Source: Takakia lepidozioides (lineage: Eukaryota > Plantae > Bryophyta). From it: DNA of 64,000 bases. Positions 37,943-49,541 of the stretch are shown here, in pieces. Position 1 is the stretch's first letter, and each line of letters starts with the position of its first letter. The stretch lies in NCBI GenBank assembly GCA_030704615.1, contig CM060732.1:66402001-66466000 (forward strand). The letters are read 5' to 3'. A model generated the notes under the pieces. The model worked only from the letters and a program-made list of their open reading frames with translations. It was not told the DNA's origin and did no database searches. The position numbers and the translations under genes are program-made.

Positions 37943-40851
37943 GTAATTTTTAATTTTTTTTAATGAAACCACCGTGTCTTTGACAATGCAGATGAGGTGA
38001 CTATTTTTTACCATAACTTAATTTTACTCATATTTCGCTAAAACTGACGTGACTTGACGTGATGTTTGCAACACTAAGCGTGACCAAATTCAAATTCTGT
38101 GAAAAAAGTTGAGCTGATACAAATAGGTCATTCATCAATTCTTTTGTCTTCTATTTTTGTTTCTTCAAGCAAATCTTCTAAAATGTGAATTGTGCATCTT
38201 ACATGCGGAAAGACAATCCATACTTTCACCCCAGCATAGCTCAGAAAAACGCCATAGAACTGTGTAAATCGTCTACCAAACGGAAATTTGCGGTGACGTC
38301 CTAAGATCATATACTCCTATAGCAGTCGTAGACAAAATCATTTTCCAATAACTATGTCATCGTACGTGTGTTGAGGGGTTAGTAACAGGGTTGGGTCCTA
38401 ATCTCTATGTCTATTGCGTCGGAGTGACATGGAGAAGTGGAAGAATGGATGTGGGTACAACTGCCACCTTAGAGGGACGTGACAATTGGGACCATGAACA
38501 ATGTAGTTTGCACGAGGGACTGGAAAAAAGATGTTGGGATGAATGGTCAAGACGAAATATGGATAATAACATTCATAGGGTTCATAGGGATGATGAGGTT
38601 TACAGACGATGTTCTCACGCACGTTGCAGTGTTTGCATGTCACTGTTTTCCCCAACTTCTCTCACATCATCTTCATACATAGTATTATTACTCCATGTCC
38701 CCATTAGTTTTGTGATGGCTTTCTTCTACAAAGAGAATGCAACAAACCTTGTCCTGAAGATCCATGACGTGAATGACATCACATCTGGTGACTCATATTG
38801 TTGCAGAAGAAGTCGAGACAGAGGTTATGAATATATCATTCTCCATAAGACTTTGACATCCTCAACATACGGAGTGGAGTATGTCACAATTGGCATCGAT
38901 CATGCATATTGTTCAACACAGTGGACGATATATTTAGGTTGGACATGACAAGAAAGGCTCTGTTTGCTAGTAAGCACGCGAGTTGGAAGTGAAGTTGAAG
39001 AATGGTGAACTATCCCCATTTTAGATCGTCGAGAAAGATGCACATGGGGAGTTTAACAAACGCCGCATCACACATCTAAAGACCTACATGCAAATGGCCG
39101 GGATGTCAGAATAGTTTACAACGTTGGTTTGCAAAAAAGCCAGAAACAAGTGTGAATAAAAATGTAGTGGATAAAATATAAATAACATAATTAAAAAATA
39201 AATAAATATTCAATATGAAACATATACAAATATTCACGCCCATTTTGAAGGAATGGTCATATTTTTAGTATGGAGGAAAAAATATATATAAACAAGATAT
39301 TAAAATCGAAGAAGAAACACAAATAAAGGCAAAAAAATAAAAATAAGAGAAAGTTATATTCTGGAGAAATACTTATATAGAAAAGAACATAAACAAATCG
39401 AAGAAGAAACACAAACGAAACGAAGGAAAAAGAAATAAAATAACGTTCTATTTTGTCAAAACACAGCAGAAGGAAGAGAAGGAAATGAACTTCATTATCT
39501 TTACATATATGAAAAAAAATGGAATACACAAACAAATGAATGAATTAAAAAAAAAATTGGATGAAAACTTAATAATTTTTTTTTTTTAATAAAGTCGTTT
39601 CACCAATTCATGCAACTAGGTGTTGAAGGCGTAAACGTAGGCTGGAGTAGGTCGACAGGGACTGTGATAAGAAGATATGTAAGCTTAAGCGTATCGGGTT
39701 GTGGAATGATAAGCGTGAGGAGGCTATATGCAGGATTGCGCGGTTCAATGTTAGCGAGGATTATGATGTCAGGCGTCTCAGATTGAGTGATGATAAACGA
39801 CAGAAAAAGAATAGACGCATACTTGAGCAGTTGATTGCCATGAAAAGTACTAAAAACGAGAATCATGAGGTTGATAAGCGGGAGAGGGATGTGAAGAAGA
39901 TAGACGACTATATGAACTGGATCGACTGGAGGTTACAAATGACTAGTTACAACAGACATGAAAGTGTGGATTGGATATCCAATGATTGAGTCCGTCACCC
40001 TGGACTGTGACGGTTTACAACATCAGGTATACACGGCAACAGCTGAAGACATTCAGCCACCGTTCACCGTGACTTATAATTTTTTCCTGATACATGTGCT
40101 CAAGTTGAATACTTATTTAAAAAATCAATATCACTATATTATAATTAAATTAAATTAAAGATAAATAGATTAAAAAATCAATAATTGATAAGCCTACTTT
40201 TAAAATTATTTACAATTAGGTATTAACCAATAAAAGTGTTATGTCAGTGTAAACATTTATCGATAACAAAATTTTATTTAAATTACAATAAATGGTGACA
40301 ACCTATATATTCTATCAAATCTCGAAAATAAATGATACATGTGACTCAGAAATGTAATGACTAAAGTTGATATACTCGAGAACGAATAAACACATGGAGA
40401 TAATATAAATATATATATATTTAATATTTCTCTGCTCTAAAGATTTATTATATATTAAATATAAATTATATTTTTATTTTTATTTTATTTTCTCACTCTA
40501 AGGATTTTTTAGAGCGGTTGTAAGAGATCCTTATTTCTCTCAATCTTCTCATTTAAAGGGCTTTTCAGATAGGCTATGAGAAATCATTAGAACCAATGAA
40601 CGGGAAGAACCGGCAGCCAGTTACATGCCAGCCGAGTGCCATCCTGGAATTTCCGGGTATGACATGAAACCTCCGGAAAATGAACCGACGGAAAAAATGG
40701 CCCAAGAGGAAATCATCCGAGTGCCTGACTCAGAGGACGGATTTTTGCCTTTCTGTATCAGTAAATGCCGGAAATATGCCTTAGTTGGCACGCCTGGACG
40801 GATTCCAGCCATTCTTATCTTATAAGAAAACGGAAAATGGCCGTTGAATGC

Positions 40852-41750
40852 TGCCACGTGCCGGAAATCCAGCATGTCAGGGCCCAGGCCTGGTTACATC
40901 CAACGGACGGGGTCAGGGTGGTTGGGGGCAAACCCTAGAAGAGACTAGAAGAGCCTTGCCACGTGGCGGAAATCCAGCATGCCAGGGCCCACGCCTGGTT
41001 ACATCAAACGGACGGAGCCAGGGTGGTTGGGGGCAAACCCTAGAAGAGCCTTGCACTCGTTCTTTGCTAAGTCCTTTGCTCACCTGCCGGGCCCGCACTT
41101 ACCACTGGCTGTATGTTGATGTGCTGCCGACGTTCCCGCCTGCTTGCACTCGCTGCGTGCTACCACACTTCAAGGCCCAGGCATGTTTTCAGCCTTGCAT
41201 TCGTTCTTTGCTAAGTCCTTTGCTCACCTGCCGGGCCCGCACTTACCACTGGCTGTATGTTGATGTGCTGCCGACGCTCCCGCCTGCTTGCACTCGCTGC
41301 GTGCTACCACACTTCAAGGCCCAGGCATGAGTCTTTGTTTCATTTGGTTATGTCTTTGCTTTTCCTGGTGAGAGGTTATGACTTTTGCCTTTCGAAGTCT
41401 ACAGCTACATGACTTTCTGCATACTTTGTGCTCATCATGCAGTAAAAAGCAAGGGCATTGGTAGGCCTCCCCCTTCGGTTCTTCTACCGTTCTTTCGACC
41501 ACGGTTTCTGTTGCTTTGCAGCAGGCACAAGCTGTGTCTATTTTGTGTCGGGCAAAGGCGGCTGGGAGGGCTGCATCTCATCTCGCACCCATTTCTGACC
41601 CACCTCCCCTTCTATTTTCTGATTTGCTTCAGGCAGTTGGCAGGCCTTGCACTCGTTCTTTGCTAAGTCCACATCTCACCTGCCGGGGCCCGCACTTACC
41701 ACTGGCTGTATGTTGATGTGCTACCGACGCTCCCGCCTGCTTGCACTCGC
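40852..41750 (+). repeat. Internal repeats in the hAT 5' region: two copies of about 92 bp (40852-40943, 40957-41048) and 2-3 copies of about 140 bp (41048, 41192, partial 41644)
   Basis: Near-identical direct repeats are visible and reflected in the duplicated peptides of ORF 40848-41330. Confidence 0.9.
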
Positions 41751-41808
41751 TGGCCCTTCCTTGTTGCAATTTCCGTGCTATAAATTTGTATTTTGTAAGG
41801 TCTTGGCT

Positions 41809-44073
41809 ATGGCCAAGCGCCAAAGGAATCTAAGAAATATGTTATTTAGGGCTGGTCGCACTGGTGATTGTGATGAGGAGTCTCCTTCCGCTGTCCCCCC
41901 TGCCTCATCTTCAAGTGGTATGGACAAGCCATCGAATAGTGTAGAGGCAGCCCAGAAAGCATGGAAAGATGTTTGGTACACTCAATTTGATTGGATTGAG
42001 TTTAACCATGATCTAGGTAGGGTTTTTTGTAAAGTTTGTAGAGGGAAAGGAGGGAGGACAGTCTTTGCAAATGCTGGTTCTGTCAATGTCAAGGTGAGTT
42101 CATTCCAAGACCATGCTAGATCAGAAGAGCATCGTAAGTTCTCTTGGGCCCTACAATCTGGTAAGAAAGCCATGGAGAAAGCCATAGCTAGTGCTAATCG
42201 AGCTTGTGATGATGCTGTTTTGGCTCTTTTCCAAGTCGCTTACTACATTGGTTTGGAGGCCTTGCCATTTAGCAAATTTCCAGGTTTGTGTCAACTTTTG
42301 GTTACTCTCAAAGCTTGTATTACCCAGAAACTGTACCATGATGAGAAGTCATGTGCTGATATATTGTATTGTATCTCATGTGTTGTTCAGAAAAAGGTGT
42401 TGGATAGAGTGAAGGATTCCAAGTACTATGGAATCATGATAGATGAGTCAACTGACATTTCAGTGACCGGTCATCTTGTTGTTTTTGCTTCTTTTGTTGA
42501 AGAGGGTTTGTCAGTCACTCTGTTTTTGGGTTTACTTCAGATTATTGATGGCAAGAAGGATGCCGCAATGATATATGAGTGTTTACTAACTAGTTTGAAA
42601 GAGTGGGGTTTGGATGTAGATAAGTTTTTGGGGTTTGGTTCGGATGGGGCAGCAACCATGGTGGGGGCTCGATCCGGCATGGCTGCTCGTCTTAAGCAAA
42701 AGGTAAACCCCTTTATGTTGGCCGTCCATTGCGTAGCACATAGGACCAACTTGGCAGCATTAGAAGCTGCCAAGACATCAGCATGTCATCTTATTTCAAA
42801 TGAGGTTGACACACTTTTGAACTCTCTTGCTGGTCATTTTCGCAAATCATCTAAGCGGAAGGCAACCTTGCAAGCTTTGCAGACCGAGCTTAATGATGCT
42901 CAGAAGTGCCTCAAAAGGTTTCACAAGATTCGTTGGTTATCTAGGTGGCAGGCCGTGACATCGCTTTGTGATAGTCTTGAGAGTGTTGTCATGTATTTTA
43001 GAGATGTGCCGGTTGCCAATGATGATGGATCAGCCTCTCTTTTGTATAACAAGCTTAGGTCATTCAAAATGATTTATGTCTTGTATTTTTTGGCTGATAT
43101 GTTGCACGGTCTATCTCTACTCTCACGTGTGTTCCAATGGAAGTTTGTGGATGTAACCAGCATTGGGTCCATAGTTAAGACAGAGATTGCACAAATACGA
43201 ATGTTTTTCATTGAGGATAGCACGGATTTGAACCAATCCACCTTCAATGAGGAAATGGGTTATCACATCATCCCGGAATTTGGTCCTCCTGGTGGGTATT
43301 TGAGGCGGCTAGCCTCTGAGATTAGGGGGTCCAATTTTCATGGTGTACAAATGACACGAGAGAGGATGGGGGGTGATTTGGAGGCAGCACTTACCTTCCA
43401 AAAGCTTTATGCAGAGGCTGTTTGCAATGCTTTGGATGCCAGATTTGAGGACAACGGAGTTGTAAGTGCATTCAAAATATTGAGTCCATATAACCTACCA
43501 ACTAGGCAAGTGGGGTTAGCAAGTTGGGGTGTAGTAGAGTTGGAAATATTATGTGCGCACTATGGTGTCGAAAGACATATTGCAGGAAGGACATTGCTTG
43601 CCCTTGTTGACATAGCAGCGGTGAAACGAGAGTTCTTTGCTTTCAAACTACAGGCAAGTACCGAGTGGATGGAGAAAACTTTCAAGGATCTTTGGGGCAT
43701 GGTGACTTGGAACCCTTCTCTAACGATGAAGTATGAAAACTTGCTTGTGCTTTCTGAAATTGCTCGAGTTCAATGTGTAAGCACTGCCGCATGTGAGAGG
43801 GCATTCTCAGTTCAAAACTCAATCAAAACTAAATTTCGAAACAAGTTGAAAACAAAGAACTTGGAAAGTGTGCTTCGTGTTGCTTTGGAAGGGCCAAGTG
43901 TGCAGGCATGTCAACTTGTTTTGATTGAGGCCATATCTTTGTGGAAGAACTCCACAAACTTCAGACATTTGTTCTCTCATCCTGAGCTATATTTAGCTGG
44001 ACAGCCAATAGTTGGACAACCAGAAGGTGGGCCATCATATGCAGAAGGTACGAATGATGATTTGCAGTTTTGA
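41809..44073 (+). CDS. hAT transposase (ZNF862/TTF-type zinc-finger group), intronless, 754 aa from ATG 41809
   Basis: Zinc finger W..FDWI..VFCKVC..H..SEEH. Catalytic motifs IMIDESTD, GFGSDGAATM, HCVAHRTNL, IRWLSR and STAACERAFS (dimerisation domain). No stops. Confidence 0.92.
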   Translation: MAKRQRNLRNMLFRAGRTGDCDEESPSAVPPASSSSGMDKPSNSVEAAQKAWKDVWYTQFDWIEFNHDLGRVFCKVCRGKGGRTVFANAGSVNVKVSSFQDHARSEEHRKFSWALQSGKKAMEKAIASANRACDDAVLALFQVAYYIGLEALPFSKFPGLCQLLVTLKACITQKLYHDEKSCADILYCISCVVQKKVLDRVKDSKYYGIMIDESTDISVTGHLVVFASFVEEGLSVTLFLGLLQIIDGKKDAAMIYECLLTSLKEWGLDVDKFLGFGSDGAATMVGARSGMAARLKQKVNPFMLAVHCVAHRTNLAALEAAKTSACHLISNEVDTLLNSLAGHFRKSSKRKATLQALQTELNDAQKCLKRFHKIRWLSRWQAVTSLCDSLESVVMYFRDVPVANDDGSASLLYNKLRSFKMIYVLYFLADMLHGLSLLSRVFQWKFVDVTSIGSIVKTEIAQIRMFFIEDSTDLNQSTFNEEMGYHIIPEFGPPGGYLRRLASEIRGSNFHGVQMTRERMGGDLEAALTFQKLYAEAVCNALDARFEDNGVVSAFKILSPYNLPTRQVGLASWGVVELEILCAHYGVERHIAGRTLLALVDIAAVKREFFAFKLQASTEWMEKTFKDLWGMVTWNPSLTMKYENLLVLSEIARVQCVSTAACERAFSVQNSIKTKFRNKLKTKNLESVLRVALEGPSVQACQLVLIEAISLWKNSTNFRHLFSHPELYLAGQPIVGQPEGGPSYAEGTNDDLQF

Positions 44074-45029
44074 ATTTATGTTTGTTTGTTTGTTTAGATA
44101 GGTAACGCTTCTAAAATTCAAGGCCCTTCAACTTTTGGTTGAGGTCCTTGCATTTTAGAAGGGTTCGATCCTTGGCCTCCAACTGGTAGAGGGCATTGAC
44201 AGGTTCAACTCCTGCCAAGGATACTTTTCTGCACTTGTTTGAATTGCTTAAAATTGGTTGTGATTATTTATTGTTGTTCATTTGTTGAATTTGTATGCAG
44301 CCGAATTTAATTTTCATTTGCAGGAAATGAACCGGTTGATATGTACAATGGCCGGATTTATAGCCGAACACACCAAAAAAAAGAAGGAATATTACCGGTT
44401 GTAAAACAATATGTAGGAAATTGACCGCCTGAAGTTACCACTAAGGGGCAGCAGCCGACCCCCCAACCCACTTAGCCGGTTGGTGTTGAAAATGAGCGGC
44501 CACTGGCTGGTTCAACTCAAAATATTTCCCGGACACTGATTAGAACGAATAAACATAGTTATTGTTTTCTTATTCGCTCTAAAGATTTTTTAGAGCGACC
44601 CAAAAATCCTTAGAGCGAATATAGATAGTGATTTGTATTTTAAATTTTGTAACTATATAGAGTGGCTCTAAGAAAATTTTAGAGCGCATAAAAAATAATT
44701 ACAACCAATATAAATAGTAATTTTTTTAAAATATTTCCTCAGGATCTCTTAAAGCGACTCCAAGAAAATTTTAGAGCAAATAAAAATAGTAATTTATTTT
44801 TCTTCATTTTTTCGCTCTTAAAGGTTTTTTAGGATGACTCTAAGAAATCTATAGAACGAATATAAGTAATAATTATGTTTTTCTATTTTCTCGCAAACAT
44901 ACACCCCTTAATCACAGTCGCCTTGTAATCACCCAACTACCATAGCCGTCACCAGAATCAAAAATAATAAATACTACTATTTTAAGGACAAAATCAGGCT
45001 TGCTAAAGCTAGCGGTTTTTTTTTTTTCT

Positions 45030-45235
45030 GATAAAATCAAGGCTGCGAGAGCTCATTTCATTTTCTTTAAAAACAAATGGGATAAAATTAGGACCGTCAG
45101 CGCTGGCGGTCCCAATGTTTTTTTAGTATTTTTTAGATTTTTTAAGGATAAAATTGGGAACGTTAGAGCTGGTGATCCTAAGTTTAGTTTTTTATATTTT
45201 ATCTTTTATATTAAATTGGGAACGCTAGAGCATTC
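45030..45235. repeat. Short array of AAAATTRGGACCGTCAGCGCTGGCGGTCCYAA-like palindromes
   Basis: Best copy at 45084-45115; degenerate copies near 45035, 45150 and 45214. Confidence 0.55.
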
Positions 45236-48200
45236 TTATTATTTACATTTCACATGAGGACTGGTGTCGTTTAAGCTACAAGGAAATCAATGAATCTGTC
45301 AATCGAAAAGATGTGAGGCTTGTCCACATCGTATAAATGGTGGGATTTTTGCGTACCATCCCAGTGTTTTTTATTTTTTTTATTTTTTATAGCTAGTGCA
45401 GCGGTAAAGTATGTGCTGATATGATCTTTCATAATAAATGAAAGTGCACATATGCACTCATATAATTTATAAATTTTCCATACTATGCAATATGAAACAT
45501 TGACATATGATCAAAATAATGTTTGGGAGACAATTCAATTTTCTAAAAATGATATACATATCATTGAAGGATCACCGGGAAATTATATATATTTTTTTTA
45601 TTAATTATATAACTTACAACCTACTAGTTGAACTTGTAAATCGAAGCATCCCCCTCCTAAAAATAGGTTGAGATCGTGTGCGATTGCGACACGATATTTA
45701 TCAGGGTCCTCGGATATGGACAAATCCATGTCCATGATCCGCACATTCCACAGTCGACAAATACCACTATGCAGGTTGTCTCTTTACCTGTCTAATAGAT
45801 ATGGACACATCACCGCTGAAACAATGGACATAATAAACGGTAATGTCACCAATACAGATAGAATGTCCTCCCTCATGTTAAAGCCATAGGCAACCTGCAA
45901 TACCACACCCCATAGAAATGAGCGATAGATCAAAGAAGCGAGAAAGAAGAAATGAGGATTGTGTGAAAAATGCTCTCGCTACGATTCAACAATATAAAGT
46001 TGGATGACAGCATCTTGGGGGGAGAGATCGTCATGTGGAGGGCCATCTTCATCCCCCTGGATGTCTTCCAATGCAGGCACCTGCAGTAGTGGTGTCAGTA
46101 GAAATGGGGAGGACAGGTCTGCATCGAGTTCATGGTAGGCTCCATTTACGGACTATATCGCCGAGTGCCTTGCCAAGCACGAAAATGATGAGGCAATGGT
46201 GGTTCAGCAGACCGTCAAATGGGAACGGCCTTTCAGCAGATGACTCCACTGCGGATTCTGACGATGACGACGGCGATGATGAAGATGAGCACATGGACAT
46301 TGATGGGGAAGGTGAAGAGATGGAGATACATGTAGAGGATGATTTGCGATGGACAGGGGCAAGCATGGAAATCATTGAAATGCATTCAATGGAGTTTGTT
46401 ATCGTAGGATAAACATGTCCAGCACAAACAAACGATGCACTGTTTGCCAAGACTGTCCAGTAGAGAGCGAAGTGCCGCATTTCCATCAAAGATGCCTCAA
46501 CTTATTAGTATGTCAGAAAAGTTGATTATGGAATATAAGCTGTTGGAGGATTGATAGGTAAGAATTGAGATTTAATGGTACGGAGGCGAGAAGTACTACA
46601 AGATTCATCACTCGCAGGGCACCCAATTATCCTACCAGTGGATGTTTGTGAATATCATCGATATGCAGTATAACCGGAAGATCAGTCCGGACCCCAAATC
46701 GTTTCGAGAGGGTTTTGATCAATGGTGAAAACGAGTTTAACGGACATTCCGACAAAGTCTTATATTTTGGACAAATATATAACTACAGTATGATAGTGAG
46801 TAATATGACTTGATTTATATGACGGTCTGCTCTTAAATGACCATCATGTCGTCATATATTGAAAAAAATTATATTCATTTATAGTCGTTTAGTCATCTTA
46901 CCTTTTACGATTGCAGGGTAGACATATATGTAGTCATCGGGGAAGTCCATTCCAAATATTTTGATATTCCAAATATTCCACTTGACGTACAAAAAATATA
47001 TGATATCAAAGTAAAGAAAAATTGAAAAACATTTGGAAATACCATTAGGTACTAGCATATTATTGGCGGCACCGCATTCAAATTCAAATAGGGTCCAAAA
47101 TAAATAGTTAAAAATAAAATTAAAATAAACTACTGATAGGGTTGAGATAAACTCAATCGACATGTGTTGTTCACTGTATGGTCACTCTATAAAGCCTTGC
47201 CACGACACCTCGCAACGTGTTGAAATCACGTAGCCACAACAAAAAGATTTTTTATTTATCATCCATCAATAATAAGACATTTCTGGCCTCTAAGCCATTT
47301 ACGAAGCTTGTCGCATGAGGAAAATGACGACATTGGAATTATGCAAGAAGCTACGTCGGTTGAAGAGAATCTCAAATAGATATTTCTGAAGCTGATGATG
47401 AACTAGAGACTGAAGAATTTATTGTGGGTTGGACCCAGTCCATGTTACCTAGAGGGATACTCCAAGAGATGATTACTTTAGGGTCTAAGGAAATTGAGTT
47501 GGTCGACGTTAAACCGACGGTATCTACTACTATTAAGTTTGAGTGTAATGTAATTTACAAAGTTGACTCTAGTGAGCCAGTTGAATGTTAACCCGTTTTC
47601 TAGTAGGGATAGATTAACTCGTGACAATCTTTGGTGTATTTTAATAAATCTTAGGCATATCTGTTGGGAGCTGAGAATCCAACAAGGCTACACTTCATAG
47701 AAAAATACTAAGGGAGGACGAAAAGGTGTACTAGCGTCGATGAATGGACATGGTGGATATGCATAATACAGAATATGCAAAGAAAGATAGGGAGCAGGTG
47801 AGGGATTTTTCGACAACCAATTGATTTTCTTAACAAGTTAGCCACAACAATCATGGTGCTCCTTAACTACCTCTTGAACGTATCCGCCTTGGATGAGTTT
47901 GTTTCCAGCAAACAATAAACCTCATCACTTTGTAAAAAATCTTTCTTTTCTTTTCAAGTTAGTATAAGGTGTTCAATATTTGTTACCTACTATAAAATAT
48001 AAAAAATATAGCCTGCCAAAAAATATGCACTGTAACAAAATTATGTAACAATATGGCAATGTCAAATGGACCTCTTTTATGACACATTTTGAAACAAGTA
48101 TGACATCACCTGAAATTTCACAAAGTTCAATCACACATTACACCATGATATTATTAATATTTCAATTAAATTTAATACAAGTATATATTAAGTTTAGTCC

Positions 48201-48440
48201 GGATTTAAGCCAAAAGTCCAGAATTAATTAAAATAGGGTTTTATGGGCCGGACTGCCTGACAGAGAGTTTGATGGAGTGGTTGTGGACTTATCACATCAC
48301 ATTGTGACCGTTGAGAAGCTGTTGGCTCTCTCAAAGGTCTGACCAACAAATAATTTGACCTATAATTATGGTATGGATAATTGATTCCCATTTGCAAAGG
48401 GAAGGGAAAGGGTTCTGGGATATTGGGTTAAGGGTAAATG

Positions 48441-48481
48441 TTTAGGGTTTTCTAGTAAAGGTTTAGGGTAAGGGTTTAGGG
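48441..48481. repeat. Interstitial telomere-like TTTAGGG cluster
   Basis: Three TTTAGGG copies plus TAAGGG variants. Confidence 0.6.
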
Positions 48482-49541
48482 TTTTTTGTTTAAGTTACAA
48501 AATAGACAAACACTAAGTCTTATGGAAAACTCCAGACTTCGCTAGAACTTAGTGTTGTTAGTAGGGTACTAGTAAGCAAAAAAAAAAATGAAGAACCTAA
48601 TATTGTGGACAAGTATTTAAATGAAAGACTCGTCGTTGGAACCTGGACCTAGTATTAAGATGTAACATAGAAAGCAAACTGTAACATGCCTAAATGCATG
48701 TCAATCCAAAACAAAGAAAAAAAGCTAGCACAAATGTGAAAGGAGAAGACATTTCAATAACCATAATGGTTATGGTTATGGCTATGGTTATAGTATGAAT
48801 AGATTTGGAAAGAAAATGGCGTTATATGATGACTTTTGGGAAGCGCCTGGATCTCATGGGAGAAAATGGATCTGAAGAAAACATGAGAGAGGATAAAAAG
48901 TCAGACCACCAAATAAAAACTATGAGAAATAAAAATTGCTGAAAATTTGGACAACGGAAAATGACATGTGAAATTCCCTCTTAAACCAGGGCCAAAGATG
49001 AGAAGTATGAAAATGAAATGAAATGAAAATTTGGTGCAGAAAAGTCGTAGAGCTTAGAGGGAAAATGGAGGAAAACCTCATAGAAAAAACTTGAGGACTG
49101 GCAAATTGAAGAACTGTATGTCAACAACGATTGAGTAAGGCTCCTCCTAGTGAGAGACTTCAGTGGGAGAATTGGTTATGCGAAAAGCAAGTCCAATGTT
49201 TCAGAGAAGGACTGGAAATGGGGCTATTTTCTTCCGTTGTTAAAAACCTCTTTGACAGAATTTGAAGACTCCAGTGGTCGTGCCCGCCCATTTTGTTCTT
49301 GTGATCTATATGTTATGTAGGCGAAACTCCCCCACAGGGTCATCTTTGTTGACCAGAACGTACAGCAGGCCAGCATCCAGCAAACCAGAAACAAAGGACG
49401 AGAACATCCACTGGACATTCGAGGTTCAGTGCGACATAAGAAGATAAGAAAAAGGATCCCCCAACGCAAACAAGAAGGGCCATGTAGAGAAGAAAAAATT
49501 CTTTCTTAAATCAAAGTACTGGAGTTGACCTCAACAATATG

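Larger units (their letters stand above)
40594..44538 (+). mobile_element. Full-length hAT DNA transposon (3945 bp)
   Basis: Perfect 8-bp TSD ATTAGAAC at 40586-40593 and 44539-44546. Imperfect TIRs CAATGAACGGGAA / TTCCCGGACACTG (10/13 match). Contains an intact transposase. Confidence 0.9.
40376..44860. repeat. Array of TCGCTCTAAAGATTTTTTAGAGCGA palindromes (40376-40593 and 44539-44860) split by the hAT insertion
   Basis: The same motif occurs on both sides (e.g. 40491 CTCACTCTAAGGATTTTTTAGAGCG; 44573 TTCGCTCTAAAGATTTTTTAGAGCGA). Removing the hAT restores TTAGAAC-GAATAA. Confidence 0.75.

Noticed and set aside
38391-38948. 185-aa ORF as a real gene
   Set aside because: Non-ATG start, no domain, and competing frames on both strands. 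Kept only as part of the unclassified block.
40848-41330. 160-aa ORF with repeated peptides
   Set aside because: An artefact of tandem DNA repeats in the hAT leader.
48441-48481. Relic chromosome end or fusion site
   Set aside because: Only three exact TTTAGGG units; such clusters are common in plant TE subtermini and promoters.
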